IMG/VR virus record: IMGVR_UViG_3300020045_006982
Span: 1-34,554 of that record
DNA: 34,554 nucleotides
Source: a virus
Taxonomy: Duplodnaviria; Caudoviricetes
Direction: 5' to 3' (one strand)
Position 1 is the stretch's first letter; each line of letters opens with the position of its first letter. The translations under genes were made by a program, and so were the position numbers. This document shows positions 8,286-16,259 of the stretch, piece after piece. The notes beneath the pieces are model-generated. The model was not told where the DNA came from, made no database searches, and was given only the letters and a program-made list of their open reading frames with translations.

Positions 8286-11279
8286 ATGAAAAAAATACTT
8301 TTCTTACTATTATTTTCCGTATCGTTTTACGGACAAACATTACAAAATCCGACTTTTGGAATTGTAACGGAGAAAAATAACGCGAGTAATTCAACACCTG
8401 CCTATCTAGTAACTCAGGAAACCGACGGGGTGCACAAGAAAACACCCGCTTCACTCTTTGCTAAAACACAAGCAGTACAAGACAGTTTAGATAAAAAACT
8501 AAACATTTCAGATTTGCCGACTAATTTAACATTATACCCAACTACAACGGCAAGTGATGTAAGCGGCTACGTGGTAATGGTTACAGATATTCACGACGTA
8601 AGATATAACACAGTATCGGCCGATGTAAGCACTCCAACAATTACTACAACATCACAATTAGTATCACAAAGAATTTCAGATGCAGGAGTTTTAATCGGGC
8701 AACCCGGCGTTTTTAATATCACTACATTTGGAAATATTCGACATTTAAGCGGCTCAGGAACAGCAACATTTTACTTTGAAGTTTATCACAGAGACGCTGC
8801 TGGAGTTGAAACATTGATTTGCACTTCGAGTACTTCTAACCCTGTTACAGACGGCGGATACACTGAGTTTTCAGCCTCGGGAGTTTGGGACGACGGAGAT
8901 TTTGCCGCAACCGATAGAATAGTAATTAAGAGTTACGCCAATAGAATTGTGGGAGGTTCCGACCCTGTTTATCAATTTCAATTTGGAGGAGCTACTCCCG
9001 TCCGTACTTTGCTACCTGTACCGTTTTCGGTTGTAGACGCGGGGTATGAAATGAAAACTAATAAAATCAATGCCTATGCAGTTGATGGCAGCGGTACAAA
9101 ATACTATACAGCGGACTATATAAATTCAAAATTACCAACATCATACACTAAAATAGTTTATGTAAATGCAACTTCACCAAACACAGCGACGATATTTGAT
9201 TTAAATAATCCACCTGTTACCAATGATAATGCTTTGAAATTAGACACGGCAAATCTTTACATAGGTACGGATGCTAGTACTTGGGTGTATAACGGTTCGA
9301 CTTATGTAACTAAGACTGTGCCTGACATTTCAAATTTTGTTTTTAGTGGAACCACAACGGACGCAGGGAATGACAAGGTTTCAACTATTTACCGAGCGGG
9401 ATCGATTCAAACAGGCGGAATACTACAATCGAATGAAGGTAATTTTGTTGTAAAGAATGGGTCTAATACAGCCAATTCGGGCGGGCGTTTTGCTTTTTAC
9501 AATTCAGGATTTACCGTTAGTAGTATGCTTCAACTAAACGCCTCAAACGGTTTGGACTTATGGAATTATGCAAGCGGGGTTTGGACAAAAAGATTCACAT
9601 TTTCTAGCGGTGGTAATTTATCACTGCTGACAGCACCTGTGACGAGTGCAGGGTCTTATCACGTTTTAACTAGAAATGACAGCACGGGGGAAGTTGAACA
9701 AATAACAGCGTCAAGCGGTGTGTCAGGAGCAAAAGTTTACAATGTAAAAGATTACGGAGCTCTAGGTGATGGGAGCACAGACGATACTTCAGCAATCCAA
9801 ACGACTATAAACACGGCTTTTGCTGCAGGAGGTGGGGTTGTATATTTTCCAAATGGGATTTATATTATAGGTGGTAACCTTATAACTTCTTTAGATAGTG
9901 TAAATCCAAATTGTCAGTTATACATACCGTTAGTTTTAGAGTCTAATATTGGAACTGCTCCGGTAATTAAATTTTTAGGAGAAACACCTCCGAATTTTAA
10001 TGTAAGCGGGTTAATAGCTTGGGCTGAAAATAATAAAGGTGTAGTTTTAAAATCAATAATAACGGGTTCAGGTACAAATCCTAGTGTTATAGGATCGAGC
10101 TATTCTACAACAACATTTGGTAATTTTAATTACACACAATTAGAAATAGAAAATATATCTATTAGGGTAAAGTCAAAATCTGGGGCTACGCATATTGCGC
10201 CTACAGTTGGAGGTATAAATGCGGGAAATATAGAATTATTTTCAGCTACTAATTTACGCATTGATTCTGAAAGTGAAAATTTTAACGGTGCACAACCTAC
10301 TAATGTTGTGACAGGCATAATAATGCCTTATATAAACAATAACGCTTGGTCATACTTAAACAGAGTTTCTATTGAAAACATGAACATAGGTATTAGTGTT
10401 AGCGAGCATACTAATGGTCAAAATGTCGCTATATGGAGTTGCGTAAAAGGGTTAAACATAGAATCATCAAATCATCTTAGTTCATTTGACCATATACTAA
10501 TTGCATGGTGTAACTATAACATATATGTACCAAATTCAGTATCGCCAATTCCCGTTTTAAAGATCAATAACTTTGTTATAGAAGATTATAACAATTCGTA
10601 TGGCATAAAGTGGTATGTTAATACAAATGACATATATGACTCATCAGATTTATTGAGGGGTGAGGCTAAATTTTTAAAAGTAATTTCCAATGTAGGTAAA
10701 GTGAATAGTTTATCATGTGTAGGATCTAGAAACTTTAACAAATATAATCTATATAGACAAGGAGAGCGTTATGAGGTCATTGGGTCTACAGCAGAGGCTT
10801 CTACAACCGGACCTGGACTAAGTGGATTTTCAAATAACGCTATCTTAGAGGTGAACTCTGGAAACACCTCGTCCGTAGATGATGGATTCGCCAATCTGTA
10901 TTTAACGCACACGCAAACTGGGGCTAATAGATTAGTGGGGAGATTATCTTTTATAAATTTGGGATCTACAATTTCAGATAAAAGACTGTCTCAGATATAC
11001 ACGACTACTGCTGCAAATAAAGAAACAGGTAAAATTTACATTACGGTAAATAATGGTACCTCGATGCAATCGGTGATAGCAATAGAGGGAGAGAGGGTGA
11101 TATTAGATAAACCGTTAAAATTAAAGGGTTATACAGTAGCAACATTACCAACAGGGGTACAGGGAGACACTGCATTCGTAACAGATGCATTAACTCCGTC
11201 GTATTTAGTAACAATAGTAGGGGGCGGGTCAATTGTAACGCCTGTATTTTATAACGGCACGACGTGGGTGGCTCATTAA
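8286..11279 (+). CDS. Tailspike/depolymerase-like protein (pectin-lyase beta-helix) with an N-terminal Sec-type signal peptide
   Basis: VYNVKDYGALGDGSTDDTSAIQ...GGGVVYFPNGIY (Pectate_lyase_3-like start); N/S/I-rich beta-helix; MKKILFLLLFSVSFYG-Q N-terminus; YTVATLP...GGGS..PVFYNG..W C-terminal module. Confidence 0.8.
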   Translation: MKKILFLLLFSVSFYGQTLQNPTFGIVTEKNNASNSTPAYLVTQETDGVHKKTPASLFAKTQAVQDSLDKKLNISDLPTNLTLYPTTTASDVSGYVVMVTDIHDVRYNTVSADVSTPTITTTSQLVSQRISDAGVLIGQPGVFNITTFGNIRHLSGSGTATFYFEVYHRDAAGVETLICTSSTSNPVTDGGYTEFSASGVWDDGDFAATDRIVIKSYANRIVGGSDPVYQFQFGGATPVRTLLPVPFSVVDAGYEMKTNKINAYAVDGSGTKYYTADYINSKLPTSYTKIVYVNATSPNTATIFDLNNPPVTNDNALKLDTANLYIGTDASTWVYNGSTYVTKTVPDISNFVFSGTTTDAGNDKVSTIYRAGSIQTGGILQSNEGNFVVKNGSNTANSGGRFAFYNSGFTVSSMLQLNASNGLDLWNYASGVWTKRFTFSSGGNLSLLTAPVTSAGSYHVLTRNDSTGEVEQITASSGVSGAKVYNVKDYGALGDGSTDDTSAIQTTINTAFAAGGGVVYFPNGIYIIGGNLITSLDSVNPNCQLYIPLVLESNIGTAPVIKFLGETPPNFNVSGLIAWAENNKGVVLKSIITGSGTNPSVIGSSYSTTTFGNFNYTQLEIENISIRVKSKSGATHIAPTVGGINAGNIELFSATNLRIDSESENFNGAQPTNVVTGIIMPYINNNAWSYLNRVSIENMNIGISVSEHTNGQNVAIWSCVKGLNIESSNHLSSFDHILIAWCNYNIYVPNSVSPIPVLKINNFVIEDYNNSYGIKWYVNTNDIYDSSDLLRGEAKFLKVISNVGKVNSLSCVGSRNFNKYNLYRQGERYEVIGSTAEASTTGPGLSGFSNNAILEVNSGNTSSVDDGFANLYLTHTQTGANRLVGRLSFINLGSTISDKRLSQIYTTTAANKETGKIYITVNNGTSMQSVIAIEGERVILDKPLKLKGYTVATLPTGVQGDTAFVTDALTPSYLVTIVGGGSIVTPVFYNGTTWVAH

Positions 11280-11479
11280 TAATATACGCACAGGTTGTAA
11301 TCATCGCAGCAGGAAACCAAACCGAGACAATAGGAGAAGTATTTCCTATTATGCAACAGGATTTAAAGGAAAAAGAAATATCTTTGGGAGTGCCTAATTT
11401 TGAGATACCTATTGAAAAACCAATAATAAAGAAAAAACTAAATTGGTGGCAAAAATTATTAAAATTATTAGGATTATGA
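11264..11479 (+). CDS. Hypothetical protein with a C-terminal amphipathic helix
   Basis: GTG start overlapping the tailspike end; KKKLNWWQKLLKLLGL. Confidence 0.5.
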   Translation: MGGSLIIYAQVVIIAAGNQTETIGEVFPIMQQDLKEKEISLGVPNFEIPIEKPIIKKKLNWWQKLLKLLGL

Positions 11480-11518
11480 TTTGCCACTACATAAATAAAT
11501 AACTTTAAATAAATAAAT

Positions 11519-11758
11519 ATGAAAAATTGGAAAACAACATTGGCCGGATTAGTAGCAGGATTGCCTTTTGCAATTGATGCAATCGTACAAGCTTATACAG
11601 CTGGATATTTTACCGATAAAACAGGATGGCAGTTATTCGGTGCAATTGCTGTAATTGTTATTACAAATCTTATGAAAGATTATAATGTAACAGGCGGAAC
11701 AGTTCAGCAAAATATCATCGGAGGCTCAACACCACCACCAACCAAAGATGAAAAGTAA
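11519..11758 (+). CDS. Holin-like membrane protein
   Basis: MKNWKTTLAG start, two hydrophobic segments, KD.NVTGG tail; upstream of the endolysin. Confidence 0.65.
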   Translation: MKNWKTTLAGLVAGLPFAIDAIVQAYTAGYFTDKTGWQLFGAIAVIVITNLMKDYNVTGGTVQQNIIGGSTPPPTKDEK

Positions 11759-12095
11759 GCATTTAATATTATTCCTATTACTACCTTTGTCCGAGATAAA
11801 GAGCATTTTCTATAACTCGGATTTAAAGGTAGATTGGTTTTTATTTTCTGACCATAAACGATTTTTATGTAATGTTTTAGAAGATTATAGCAATATTGTA
11901 ATTATAGGAATAATTTTGTACTTTTATCTTTTTACAAAACGAGATATAGTTAGTAGGCAAATAGTTTTCTTTCTGTTTATTTTAAACGGTTTAGATTTAT
12001 TATTTTTGGGATTGATGGATAATCAACTATATTTATTAAAATTACCCTTATCCCTAATAATATATACCTATGCACTATGTAAGATACGTCTTTAG
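11748..12095 (+). CDS. Multi-pass membrane protein in the lysis cassette
   Basis: 3-4 hydrophobic segments; overlaps both neighbours. Confidence 0.6.
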   Translation: MKSKHLILFLLLPLSEIKSIFYNSDLKVDWFLFSDHKRFLCNVLEDYSNIVIIGIILYFYLFTKRDIVSRQIVFFLFILNGLDLLFLGLMDNQLYLLKLPLSLIIYTYALCKIRL

Positions 12096-12384
12096 CGTTT
12101 TGAATTATATCGGCTATTGTTTCTGGAGTTTTTCAATTCTTAATTTTGCCGAGCAATTATTAAACGACAACTTTAATTTTAAAAATATCAATAGTTTTTT
12201 GTCAGCAATGGCCGCAATTGTAGCGTTAATATTTGCTATTTTTAAATTATTGGCTTACGTTCGGGATTCTAAAACAAGAAGTAAATTGCTTGAACAGGAA
12301 TTAATAGCAAAGGAAAACGATAATTTTTATAAAAAATGGAATCACGAATTTGACGAGCATAAACACGATAATAATACGATATGA
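12070..12384 (+). CDS. Membrane protein (holin/antiholin candidate)
   Basis: Two hydrophobic segments plus a charged C-terminus; ATGA-coupled to the endolysin. Confidence 0.6.
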   Translation: MHYVRYVFSVLNYIGYCFWSFSILNFAEQLLNDNFNFKNINSFLSAMAAIVALIFAIFKLLAYVRDSKTRSKLLEQELIAKENDNFYKKWNHEFDEHKHDNNTI

Positions 12385-12923
12385 CACTCCCGCAAAAATA
12401 TAAAACACTATTCGAAAAATACGGAATTAACACACCGCTAAGAATTGCGCATTTTATGGCTCAAATTGAACACGAAAGCGGATTAAAACCGATTAGCGAG
12501 AATTTGAACTATAGTGCAATTGGTCTTTTAAAAACGTTTCCTAAATATTTTAAAAACAGCAAAGAAGCAAGCGTTTACTCAAATACTCCTGAAAAAATAG
12601 CTAATCGAGTTTATGCAAATCGTATGGGTAATGGTACATTTGAAAGCGGCGAAGGTTGGAAATATCGAGGTCGTGGATTTATTCAAATAACAGGAAAAGA
12701 AAATTATTTTAGATTAGCAAACGACACAGATTTAGATTGCTTGAAAAATCCTGATTTATTACTTGAAGAAGCTAATGCGATGATTAGTGCTTTATGGTTT
12801 TGGAATTTAAAAGGATTAAATGCTTTGGCCGACAAAAACGATATTATTGGAATCACTAAAAAAATTAATGGAGGGTTAAATGGGATTGAACATCGTAAAG
12901 AATTGTTAAAAAAATATTCATGA
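12381..12923 (+). CDS. Endolysin, glycoside hydrolase family 19
   Basis: RIAHFMAQIEHES, ENLNYS, YANRMGNG, YRGRGFIQITGKENY, TKKINGGLNG. Confidence 0.92.
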   Translation: MTLPQKYKTLFEKYGINTPLRIAHFMAQIEHESGLKPISENLNYSAIGLLKTFPKYFKNSKEASVYSNTPEKIANRVYANRMGNGTFESGEGWKYRGRGFIQITGKENYFRLANDTDLDCLKNPDLLLEEANAMISALWFWNLKGLNALADKNDIIGITKKINGGLNGIEHRKELLKKYS

Positions 12924-12991
12924 TAAGAAAACACACCCTTGAAACCTCAATAATTTTAGCGGTATTAATAATTATTTATATTGTTTCTTAA
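12920..12991 (+). CDS. 23-aa hydrophobic peptide (MIRKHTLETSIILAVLIIIYIVS)
   Basis: ATGA overlap with the endolysin stop; single TM-like stretch. Confidence 0.4.
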   Translation: MIRKHTLETSIILAVLIIIYIVS

Positions 12992-13012
12992 TAAAATAAG
13001 TTGTATGTTTAC
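12975..13012 (+). promoter_or_regulatory. Host-type promoter variant TTG-N20-TATGTTTA
   Basis: Shares TTTATATTGTTTCT-N15-TAnnTTTACA with 19497-19535. Confidence 0.5.
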
Positions 13013-13078
13013 AGTCACGAAGAAATTCACTAAAACATTAGAACTTATTAAATAGCTATCTTTAAATTCAGAAAAACT

Positions 13079-13108
13079 AAACCCGATACTTTTTGCATCG
13101 GGTTTTTT
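13079..13108 (+). terminator. Intrinsic terminator after the endolysin region
   Basis: aaacccgat/atcgggttt stem followed by a T tract. Confidence 0.8.
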
Positions 13109-13118
13109 ATTATCTTTG
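13092..13118 (+). promoter_or_regulatory. Bacteroidota sigma-70 promoter (-7 box TATCTTTG)
   Basis: TATCTTTG at 13111-13118, 11 nt before the ATG at 13130; TTTG in the terminator loop (15-nt spacer, short). Confidence 0.6.
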
Positions 13119-13129
13119 AAATAAAAATT

Positions 13130-13411
13130 ATGAAAACAATTAAAAAAGTAGAAATAGAACCTGTATTTGTAGAATTTATTCCAGATATTTTAGAAGAAAA
13201 TAAAATATACATTTCAGAAGAATATAAATGCGCAATTCACAATTGCTTATGCGGTTGTGGAGAAAAAACAATAATGCCTTTATACGGTAATGGATGGAAC
13301 TTGATTAAAGAAAACAACGGAAAAGTTTCGTTTACTCCAAGTGTTGGTAACTATAATTTCACTTGCAAATCACACTACATAATTACAAATAACGTTGCTA
13401 ATTTCGTGTAA
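13130..13411 (+). CDS. DUF6527-like Cys/His metal-binding protein
   Basis: FVEFIP..LE...IYIS.EY..AIH.C.CGCGEK...P....W......SFTPSVGN....CKSHYII pattern. Confidence 0.7.
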   Translation: MKTIKKVEIEPVFVEFIPDILEENKIYISEEYKCAIHNCLCGCGEKTIMPLYGNGWNLIKENNGKVSFTPSVGNYNFTCKSHYIITNNVANFV

Positions 13412-13412
13412 A

Positions 13413-13802
13413 ATGAAAAACTACTTAATATTCATATCGCTGTTATTGATCAGTTGCGGAGGCACGCGACAAACAACAACAGAAAAACACGAACAATTCA
13501 CAATCAATAATGAATACTCAGAAGGCTCTAAAATTGTATTAGGAAACTCATTTACCTACACGCCATTTGATGCGCTTAAACCGATGAAAATTGAAGGCAA
13601 AGTTTATGAAAATGCAATTGTGAGTAATTACCGTTCAAAAACAATTACTAAATGGAAAGATAGGAATATTGTAAAAACGATTACTATTGAAAAAACAAAA
13701 CAAACAGAACGAAAAGACAATACTTTATTGTATTTAGGTTCTGTTTTGATTATTGGATGTTTAGTATTTTTGTGGTTTTGGTTGCCTAAGATTAAGGTTT
13801 AA
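13413..13802 (+). CDS. Lipoprotein with a C-terminal TM helix (unimolecular spanin candidate); start moved to ATG 13413
   Basis: MKNYLIFISLLLIS-C lipobox; LLYLGSVLIIGCLVFLWFWL C-terminal TM; end of the lysis region. Confidence 0.65.
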   Translation: MKNYLIFISLLLISCGGTRQTTTEKHEQFTINNEYSEGSKIVLGNSFTYTPFDALKPMKIEGKVYENAIVSNYRSKTITKWKDRNIVKTITIEKTKQTERKDNTLLYLGSVLIIGCLVFLWFWLPKIKV

Positions 13803-14086
13803 ACCCACTTACCGTTAGCTCGAACTATCATATTTCTTTCCATTTCGTAAGGTTTGCCTGTTGAGCCATCTTTAAAAGTTTCCTTCCATTTGATATATCC
13901 GTATATTTGCTTTTCAACTTTTTTTGGTCGTCTTGAAATAGTTACTTCAACTTCTTTTTCGTAGTATTGTTGATGTTCGTCAGACATTAGTAATTCTTGT
14001 TTTTTTAACTCTGAAATGTCATTTATTAAAACCTGAATAGCTTGTTTTTTGTTTTCGATTAAATCATTAATTTCTTTTCGTTTCAT
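13799..14086 (-). CDS. Hypothetical protein
   Basis: 95-aa ORF, last gene of the leftward operon. Confidence 0.7.
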   Translation of the reverse strand: MKRKEINDLIENKKQAIQVLINDISELKKQELLMSDEHQQYYEKEVEVTISRRPKKVEKQIYGYIKWKETFKDGSTGKPYEMERNMIVRANGKWV

Positions 14087-14091
14087 CTTTT

Positions 14092-14265
14092 TTAATTATT
14101 TATGTTATTGTACATTTCATTTAATAAATCCGTTTCAGACTTATCAAAATTATATTCGTTTTTCATTTTTACTAACAACCTCCATTGAGTAATTCCCAAT
14201 ATTATAGCTAGTTCTTTTTGTGTATATATTTCGAAAATCTTTTCTAGTTTTTCTTTCATAATCAT
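14092..14265 (-). CDS. Small Cro/XRE-like HTH protein (57 aa, not in track)
   Basis: MIMKEKLEKIFEIYTQKELAIILGITQWRL...; ATGA-coupled to the upstream gene. Confidence 0.6.
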   Translation of the reverse strand: MIMKEKLEKIFEIYTQKELAIILGITQWRLLVKMKNEYNFDKSETDLLNEMYNNINN

Positions 14266-14552
14266 TTATTTTCTAAATTATACAATTCGTTTGCCTTTTC
14301 GATTGCTTTTTCAACCGCTTTTTTGTAATCTAAAAAATTGGTTCTTGTATATTCGTAATAAAATAAATATTCCCAATAGGTTTGATTAGCTCTGTATGGA
14401 ATAGAATCAAACCAATCGATTATAAGTGCGTTTATATATTCTTTTGGATAGGATTGCCAATGCAATCTTAAAACACCTATTTCAATAGATGCTTTATTAT
14501 TATTTCTTAAATAGTCCAAAAAAGCATCTTTTGCGTTTTCTGTTAGTTTCAT
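14262..14552 (-). CDS. Hypothetical phage protein
   Basis: 96-aa ORF in a tightly packed operon. Confidence 0.7.
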   Translation of the reverse strand: MKLTENAKDAFLDYLRNNNKASIEIGVLRLHWQSYPKEYINALIIDWFDSIPYRANQTYWEYLFYYEYTRTNFLDYKKAVEKAIEKANELYNLENK

Positions 14553-14559
14553 ATCTTAA

Positions 14560-14805
14560 TTATTTTAGTATTGGTAATTTTTCTTCATCTTTTTTTAACC
14601 AAGAAACAGTATCACCCATCATATTAAACGAAAGTCCTATTTTTGATTTGCATTTTTTACAGGTTTTATAAATGAATCCTTTTTTACTTTTACACAACTG
14701 ATTGTAATAAAAATCCTCGTCGTAAATAGTCTTACATTCAGGACATTCACAATCTGTTTTTGTTAATGTTATTATTCCGTTTAGCCATTGTATTGATTTG
14801 CTCAT
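14560..14805 (-). CDS. Zinc-ribbon protein
   Basis: CPEC...CKKC. Confidence 0.65.
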   Translation of the reverse strand: MSKSIQWLNGIITLTKTDCECPECKTIYDEDFYYNQLCKSKKGFIYKTCKKCKSKIGLSFNMMGDTVSWLKKDEEKLPILK

Positions 14806-14825
14806 ATCTTAATTATTTTGTTTTA

Positions 14826-15230
14826 TTATAAATAAAATCCTAATCTAATTCCCCAACCTACTTTTGATTGCGTTCCTTTCGGATCTGCTATCCAATCGTT
14901 ATAAACACGACCACCAATAAATAACTTATCATTTATTTTTTTGTCTACTCCATACTCTAATCCAAATACCCCAGTAGGTAATGCGTATAGTTTACCTAAT
15001 CGAATACCAAAATGATTTACCCATTGATCTGAATTGCTATCTGAAACATTTAATCCTATACATCCAATAGCCTTATCAATACTTAATCCGACGCGAATAT
15101 ATAAATTTCGTGAGGTTTCAATTTCAACTCCATCATTACCTATTGCAATGTGAAAGGATTGATTATCTTTAATGTGTATTTGCGCGCTCGAAATTGCTGT
15201 AAAAAGCAATAGTATTAGTAGTTTTTTCAT
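14826..15230 (-). CDS. Small outer-membrane beta-barrel-like protein
   Basis: Signal peptide MKKLLILLLFTAISSA-Q; alternating Gly/hydrophobic strands; C-terminal GWGIRLGFYL. Confidence 0.65.
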   Translation of the reverse strand: MKKLLILLLFTAISSAQIHIKDNQSFHIAIGNDGVEIETSRNLYIRVGLSIDKAIGCIGLNVSDSNSDQWVNHFGIRLGKLYALPTGVFGLEYGVDKKINDKLFIGGRVYNDWIADPKGTQSKVGWGIRLGFYL

Positions 15231-15232
15231 AG

Positions 15233-15481
15233 TTATAATAATTTACTAAGTCTTGATTCGAATTCATTAGTTATTTTTCTGCAAGTGTGGCTAACATAAA
15301 AACCTTTAGAAACTTTATTTTTATACTCTGATAAAATCTCTTCAAAAGTCCAAGTATATCCATTTTCTTTTATGAAATTAGAAATATCTTTTTCTAACTC
15401 ATTACAAAATTCATCGTATTGATGTAATGACGCTTCTATTTGGTCATCCATTTGATTCTGCATATATGATCCTGTATCCAT
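15233..15481 (-). CDS. Hypothetical protein
   Basis: 82-aa ORF in operon. Confidence 0.65.
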   Translation of the reverse strand: MDTGSYMQNQMDDQIEASLHQYDEFCNELEKDISNFIKENGYTWTFEEILSEYKNKVSKGFYVSHTCRKITNEFESRLSKLL

Positions 15482-15486
15482 AATTT

Positions 15487-15711
15487 CTACTTTTTATTAT
15501 TTAATTTCACACTAACGACATACCCATCCCGAACAATGGTGTATTTATTTACATTTAACTCTTTTGCTACTTCGATTGACCATTCAATTGAGCCTTGAAC
15601 TTCTGTATTCATTCTACGTGAAAAAGTACACTGTTTTACTCCTAATTTAGTATAAGCCTCTTTAGGTGTTGACTTTGCTTTGTCGATAACTGTTTTAATT
15701 GGATTTTCCAT
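15487..15711 (-). CDS. XRE-like HTH protein
   Basis: TPKEAYTKLGVKQCTFSRRMN...SIE...EVAKELNV. Confidence 0.55.
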   Translation of the reverse strand: MENPIKTVIDKAKSTPKEAYTKLGVKQCTFSRRMNTEVQGSIEWSIEVAKELNVNKYTIVRDGYVVSVKLNNKK

Positions 15712-15714
15712 AGT

Positions 15715-16092
15715 TTAATAAATTGGTGGTTGTGGTTTTTGAATTGGTTGGTAGTGGGTAATATTTTCTAACCACCATTTTCTTTCATCTTCAATACTCA
15801 TTGATTTTGTAAAAATCGGATAATCTCTTTCAACTATTTCTTTACAGTAATTTGTTTTAGTAAAATATCCTCTATGTTCAGTAGGTAAATCATCTTCGCT
15901 TTCAATATTAATCCACCCGTTGTTGTTTTCGATTCCTTGAAGTGATTTTGGCTTGTTATATCCAAATCCCTCATATACCCATTCTATTTTAGGGTAGTCA
16001 GATTCATTTATTAAACACATTCCATTTTCGTCTGGTTTGCATTTATCATAATTTTCTCCGTACGCTTCCTGTATTTTTTCTTCTTTTGTCAT
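15715..16092 (-). CDS. Hypothetical phage protein (DUF551-like)
   Basis: NNGWI.IESEDDLP...ITHYQPI.KP.PP motif; first gene after the leftward promoter. Confidence 0.65.
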   Translation of the reverse strand: MTKEEKIQEAYGENYDKCKPDENGMCLINESDYPKIEWVYEGFGYNKPKSLQGIENNNGWINIESEDDLPTEHRGYFTKTNYCKEIVERDYPIFTKSMSIEDERKWWLENITHYQPIQKPQPPIY

Positions 16093-16114
16093 AATTAATT
16101 AGTTTTATTTTTTA

Positions 16115-16122
16115 CAAATATA
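16115..16122 (-). promoter_or_regulatory. Leftward sigma-70 promoter -7 box TATATTTG
   Basis: Reverse complement of caaatata, 22 nt before the ATG at 16092. Confidence 0.7.
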
Positions 16123-16200
16123 TGAATTAAAGTAATTGAAATTACATAGTATAACTATTTATAATAATTCTAAATATTAAAAATAATTACTTTAAATCAT
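16122..16200. repeat. 16-bp inverted repeat (1 mismatch) between the divergent promoters; operator candidate
   Basis: atgaattaaagtaatt (16122-16137) / aattactttaaatcat (16185-16200). Confidence 0.55.
16156..16176. promoter_or_regulatory. Near-perfect palindrome, Fur-box-like
   Basis: TATTTATAAT-A-ATTCTAAATA, one arm mismatch. Confidence 0.5.
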
Positions 16201-16220
16201 TTTTATATCAAAAAAGTATA

Positions 16221-16228
16221 TATCTTTG
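16221..16228 (+). promoter_or_regulatory. Rightward sigma-70 promoter -7 box TATCTTTG
   Basis: Consensus TAnnTTTG upstream of the early operon. Confidence 0.7.
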
Positions 16229-16259
16229 TTAAACAATAATCACTAAAAATTTAGAAACT

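Noticed and set aside
8286-11279. Diversity-generating retroelement or invertible tail-fibre cassette
   Set aside because: No reverse transcriptase or invertase, and no template/variable repeat pair seen
12974-12992. Additional Fur boxes at 12974 and 19496
   Set aside because: 5-6 mismatches to the recalled consensus in AT-rich DNA; kept only as a shared promoter 14-mer
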